Source: Schmidtea polychroa | Taxonomy: Eukaryota | Direction of reading: 5' to 3' | Assembly: GCA_044892525.1 (NCBI GenBank) | Contig: CM097885.1 | Coordinates: forward strand, 1,054,001 to 1,118,000 | DNA length: 64,000 nt | Part shown: positions 60,408 to 64,000 of the stretch, piece by piece | How positions within the stretch are numbered: the stretch's first letter is position 1 | How the letters are laid out: the number at the start of each line of letters is the position of its first letter | Position numbers and translations under genes: made by a program | The notes under the pieces: generated by a model | The model's input: only the letters and a program-made list of their open reading frames with translations | The model's database searches: none | What the model was told of the DNA's origin: nothing

Positions 60408-63400
60408 TTATTGTGTGTTTGATAATGGTTTACTTATATTAGTTATGTGATCCATGTATATTGCAAAGCTGGCAGCCACTGCTGTTCTCATACATAGCTT
60501 GGCTATAGCTTTGATTTCGCTGTTGTTTAGTCCTATCTTGGTAAGTGCTGTGTCGTTATTTTTGTCCCAGGAGCCTAGAGTGCCGACAACTAGCGCATCC
60601 AATGTAGTCTTGCAGTCGTTCTTTTTCCCTGTTTCAATTGCCAATGTTCTGTATTTTTTGTAGTTGTCTTCTCTGGCAGTTTTGAAGTTTTCTTCACGGT
60701 CATAGGGTACCTTAATGTCAAGTATGTGGATTTTGTTATTCCTTTTTGTTTTGATGATGAGGTCTGGTCTTAGCCTAGTGTCTATTCCGGGGGGTGGGCG
60801 TTCAACGTCAACTTGGAAACCTTTCGAAATGAGATACCCGCTAACTTTATCCATGACCTTATTGTGTTTGTTTCTCCTAGCATTTGTTGTTTTGAGGCAG
60901 TGATTGAATATGTGTGCTTGTGTTTCTGGTTCAGCATTACAGAGCCTACATTTAGTATTCATGTTTTCTTTCATTCTGTATGCACTATAGTTGAGGCTTA
61001 TCATGTTGTTTCTTGCTTTAATGAGAAATATGTATTGTTTATCTGTCAGGGTGTGTGATTTGATTAGGTGTGCTGATTGTCTATTTGCGCCTATGGTCCT
61101 AGAAATGTATCCTTGACATGTCATCTGGTACCATTGATCTGCATACCATTCACTTGTGATTTCATGTAGTTTGGCAGAGGTTTCTGTGAGGTTTGTGTCG
61201 TTAATATATATGGTGTAGTCTTTTGTTTTCAGGAGTAGTATGTATTTGTTGTTGTCAAGTGTCAGTGTGATTTTGATGCCGAATTTCTCATTCATTCTTT
61301 TTATGGCAGACCGAAATTTTCCGAATACAGTTGCTGGTCCACTTATGTCACCTTTAATGTCTGCATTAATCCAGCGTAGTGTTTGGTGTATGTCTATTGT
61401 GGTGTGTTTAAATCGTATTTTGGCTACTGCTATCATTTGCTGGATTATGAATTCCCTCATGCTAGTGTCTCGTGTGTGTAGTATTTTGATGATGTGTGTG
61501 ATGCCTTGTATCATGTATTCATCTATACTAGGCACTATGCCGAGACCTCCTAGTTTACAATGTGCATAAAAGAAGTTGTTATTAATGTTTTGGTGTATAT
61601 CATCTAGTGTGTCTTTTAATATTCTCTTTATTTTTTGGTCATATCCTAATTGTTTGGGTCTATTTTGTACTACTTTGTTTCTGTTGCTGTCAAGAATCAT
61701 GTTGTTGATTGTACAGTTTCTGAATGGAAATATTAGTCTAGAGTGTATGAAAGTCTTGTATGCTTGAAGTTTTTGTGCTGGGTGTAGGTCAGAGGTCATT
61801 ATTTTTGTCGTGTCATCAATCGCTTTTATGAGTGTGTTGTCAATGTCATGTTTGCCTTTCTGGCCGAAGTCAACTCCTAGGTATTTATATATGTTGTCGT
61901 GATCAATGATGGGTATTTTTTCCTTGTATATAGTTAGGGGTATCTCTTTGTGGTTTCGTTGTAGTTGGAAGTAGCCGCACTTAGAGGGTCTGAATTTAAG
62001 GTGAGATATGTCAGAGAGTTCAACTATAGTTCGTAACATGTTACCTATTTCTTGCCGTGTGTTGGAGATCATGACAATGTCATCTGCATATGCCATTATG
62101 CTTATATTGTGTCCATCTATAACAAGTGGGTGTTGTTTGAGGATTTTCTGGAGGATATAGTCAATGGAGAGGCTGAACAGAGTCATAGACATTGGGCAGC
62201 CTTGCTTGACTCCATTGTTTATCCGTATCTCCCTTGATCGTCGGTCCTCGCATTCGTATATTGAGTAGCAGTCAGTATACATTTCTTTAATAAGATTGAT
62301 TGTTTTTCCCTTCAGTTTCAGTCTCGACAGGGTATGCCAAATAAGGTCATGCGGAAGGCTACCAAAAGCATCCCCAAGGTCCAGCCAGATGATATTTATA
62401 TCCGTCCCATTTCTCATTGCACATTCCTTGGCGAGACTGATAACTGTGTTATGTTCAGCGCATCCATCCGGAGTACCCACCGCTTTCTGGTTAGTGCTCA
62501 ACAGGTGTCCTAGCTGAATCCAGGAGAGAAGTCTATCATTCATGATTGAGGCAAATGTGCGATATGCTGAGTCCAGTATAGCAAGCGGTCTCCAGGATGA
62601 TACTTCATGCGGTGATTGCTCTTTCCCTGGTTTAAGGATGAGTTTCGTTCTAAAGGTTTTCCACGTTTTGGGACTATGTCCATTGCGTAGTATGTTGTTA
62701 AAAAGTGCCAGTCTAAATTTGTTTTTCGGGTCTATCTTTTTCCACTCTTTGTATGTGATTTTGTCACTACCAGGGGCTGATGTGCTGTCAAGTTTGAGTA
62801 TGGATTCGTTGAGTTCTGTGTCTGTTATGGGTTTATCTGATATAAGGTCAATGTATGAGGGTTGTGTATCTGGTGTACTATATTTAGTTATGTGTTTTGT
62901 TGTGGTTTGGAAGTTTTTGTAGATGTCATCGTCTGTCGGTGTGGTCGTTGTGTTTTCATTTTTGTTGAGTATTTTTTCAATTGTTGCTTTTGGTCTTCTA
63001 TCAAAGTCTAGTCGTAGCTCGAATACTAATCGCTTAGTGTCTTTTGAGTTGAGGATGTTTATTGGTATTGTTTTACTTTTGTATTTGTTGGGGTATATAG
63101 CTTCATGTATCTTGGCAATTTCTACGAGGCTCTCATCAACATGAATAGTATTAGTGTCAAGCTGGATAATTATGTCATCAATGAATGCGGTATATCTGGT
63201 CACGTCATCAGTTGCTTTCCTTCTATATATTATTAGGTTTATTATTTTGTTAAGGTCTGTGCGTATGTTTTGTATGTCGGGGAGTGTGATGCATCTGTTG
63301 GAGGCTAGGCATTTGGCAAAGTGGCATATGTAGTATCCTGATTGCTTTGTTTCATTGCATCTTGGATATGTTAGTTCTTGTAAGGTGAAATCATTTGTGG

Positions 63401-63698
63401 TTATTATGTTTTGGAGGTTGGTCAGTATGTTGAGTATAGTTGTTGCTGTGTTGTAATGTTTCATGGTGCTAATTTGGCAGGTGGGGTCAATAATTGTGGC
63501 AAGGTTACGTTTTTTATTTATGTAAAAGAGTATCCAGAGGTTCCTTTCGATGTTGATGGGCCAAATTAGGTCTATCCATGTAGGATATTTATGAAATGGG
63601 AAGGCAGAAAAAAAGGTTTGGAAGTGTTTTTCAATGCATGCAAGTCCTATAAAGCTATCTATGTATATAGTGTTTTCAGTAGTTGCATGTGTTAGCAT
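60408..63698 (-). CDS. Ulp1-like domain + reverse transcriptase + CCHC knuckle + restriction-like endonuclease (1096 aa)
   Basis: WRPLAI, DGCAEH, LDLGDAFGSL, GVKQGCPMS, AYADD, KYLG, CRLC...ETQAHIFNHC, KHN, RPD..DIKV, KKY, GTLGSW. Confidence 0.95.
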   Translation of the reverse strand: MLTHATTENTIYIDSFIGLACIEKHFQTFFSAFPFHKYPTWIDLIWPINIERNLWILFYINKKRNLATIIDPTCQISTMKHYNTATTILNILTNLQNIITTNDFTLQELTYPRCNETKQSGYYICHFAKCLASNRCITLPDIQNIRTDLNKIINLIIYRRKATDDVTRYTAFIDDIIIQLDTNTIHVDESLVEIAKIHEAIYPNKYKSKTIPINILNSKDTKRLVFELRLDFDRRPKATIEKILNKNENTTTTPTDDDIYKNFQTTTKHITKYSTPDTQPSYIDLISDKPITDTELNESILKLDSTSAPGSDKITYKEWKKIDPKNKFRLALFNNILRNGHSPKTWKTFRTKLILKPGKEQSPHEVSSWRPLAILDSAYRTFASIMNDRLLSWIQLGHLLSTNQKAVGTPDGCAEHNTVISLAKECAMRNGTDINIIWLDLGDAFGSLPHDLIWHTLSRLKLKGKTINLIKEMYTDCYSIYECEDRRSREIRINNGVKQGCPMSMTLFSLSIDYILQKILKQHPLVIDGHNISIMAYADDIVMISNTRQEIGNMLRTIVELSDISHLKFRPSKCGYFQLQRNHKEIPLTIYKEKIPIIDHDNIYKYLGVDFGQKGKHDIDNTLIKAIDDTTKIMTSDLHPAQKLQAYKTFIHSRLIFPFRNCTINNMILDSNRNKVVQNRPKQLGYDQKIKRILKDTLDDIHQNINNNFFYAHCKLGGLGIVPSIDEYMIQGITHIIKILHTRDTSMREFIIQQMIAVAKIRFKHTTIDIHQTLRWINADIKGDISGPATVFGKFRSAIKRMNEKFGIKITLTLDNNKYILLLKTKDYTIYINDTNLTETSAKLHEITSEWYADQWYQMTCQGYISRTIGANRQSAHLIKSHTLTDKQYIFLIKARNNMISLNYSAYRMKENMNTKCRLCNAEPETQAHIFNHCLKTTNARRNKHNKVMDKVSGYLISKGFQVDVERPPPGIDTRLRPDLIIKTKRNNKIHILDIKVPYDREENFKTAREDNYKKYRTLAIETGKKNDCKTTLDALVVGTLGSWDKNNDTALTKIGLNNSEIKAIAKLCMRTAVAASFAIYMDHITNISKPLSNTQ

Positions 63699-63725
63699 GT
63701 ATGCGGAGATCTGGTGCTGGTTTAG

Positions 63726-63998
63726 TCAGTCGGAGTCTATGTCTTTGGTGGTTACTGGGATGTTTGTGGGGGGTTCATTGTTTATTTCAGTGGGTTCAAG
63801 TATTCCCATGTGTGAGTGGTGGTGTTGTTTCATATTATCAAAGTTTATTGTTTCACCACAGTGGCATTTGATGTTTGTGGTCTGGTCAAATACTTTACTT
63901 TTGTGTTTTGTAGAAATGTGTTTGAGTATGTCATTGGCGGTGGTCTTCACAGTCATATGTATATCACAGGGGTTTTTCTTACATATGTATGTGCATAG
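63726..63998 (-). CDS. Upstream zinc-finger region, in frame with the main ORF and open to the window edge
   Basis: CTYICKKNPC...KHISTKH and CHCG...QHHHSH. It ends in TGA, with 9 codons between that stop and the Met at 63698. Confidence 0.8.
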   Translation of the reverse strand, partial: LCTYICKKNPCDIHMTVKTTANDILKHISTKHKSKVFDQTTNIKCHCGETINFDNMKQHHHSHMGILEPTEINNEPPTNIPVTTKDIDSD

Positions 63999-64000
63999 TA

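Larger units (their letters stand above)
60346..64000 (-). mobile_element. NeSL/R5/Utopia-like RLE non-LTR retrotransposon; 5' end beyond the window
   Basis: Domain order ZnF - Ulp1-like - RT - CCHC - RLE, with a short 3' UTR running into (TTA)n. Confidence 0.88.

Noticed and set aside
63726..63728. Alternative genetic code (UGA=Trp)
   Set aside because: The 1096-aa and 465-aa ORFs contain many Trp residues with no internal TGA.
60454..63998. Many short plus-strand ORFs
   Set aside because: Antisense shadows of the retrotransposon ORF.

Overview
Very AT-rich eukaryotic repeat-dense DNA with (AAT)n tracts, a 28S rRNA fragment and no recognisable host gene. It is a nested graveyard of mobile elements. 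(1) Many broken copies of a Polinton/Maverick-type protein-primed DNA polymerase B gene; no integrase, ATPase or capsid genes were recognised. (2) A 13.86-kb essentially non-coding fold-back element (15173-29032) with AGTAGT...ACTACT ends and a perfect 6-bp target duplication (GACTCC), inserted into the terminus of a second Polinton-like family. (3) An ~11-kb pPolB palindrome and a 2320-bp tandem array. (4) A head-to-head Penelope-like palindrome (RT + GIY-YIG) with a minimal hammerhead ribozyme motif in each arm. (5) R2-like remnants. (6) A 28S 3' fragment beside a hairpin satellite resembling 28S sequence. (7) A near-intact NeSL/R5-like RLE retrotransposon ending in a ~615-bp (TTA)n tract, with a catalytically dead Ulp1-like domain and one in-frame UGA-CUA. 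All calls are by eye from motifs; boundaries are approximate unless stated as exact.
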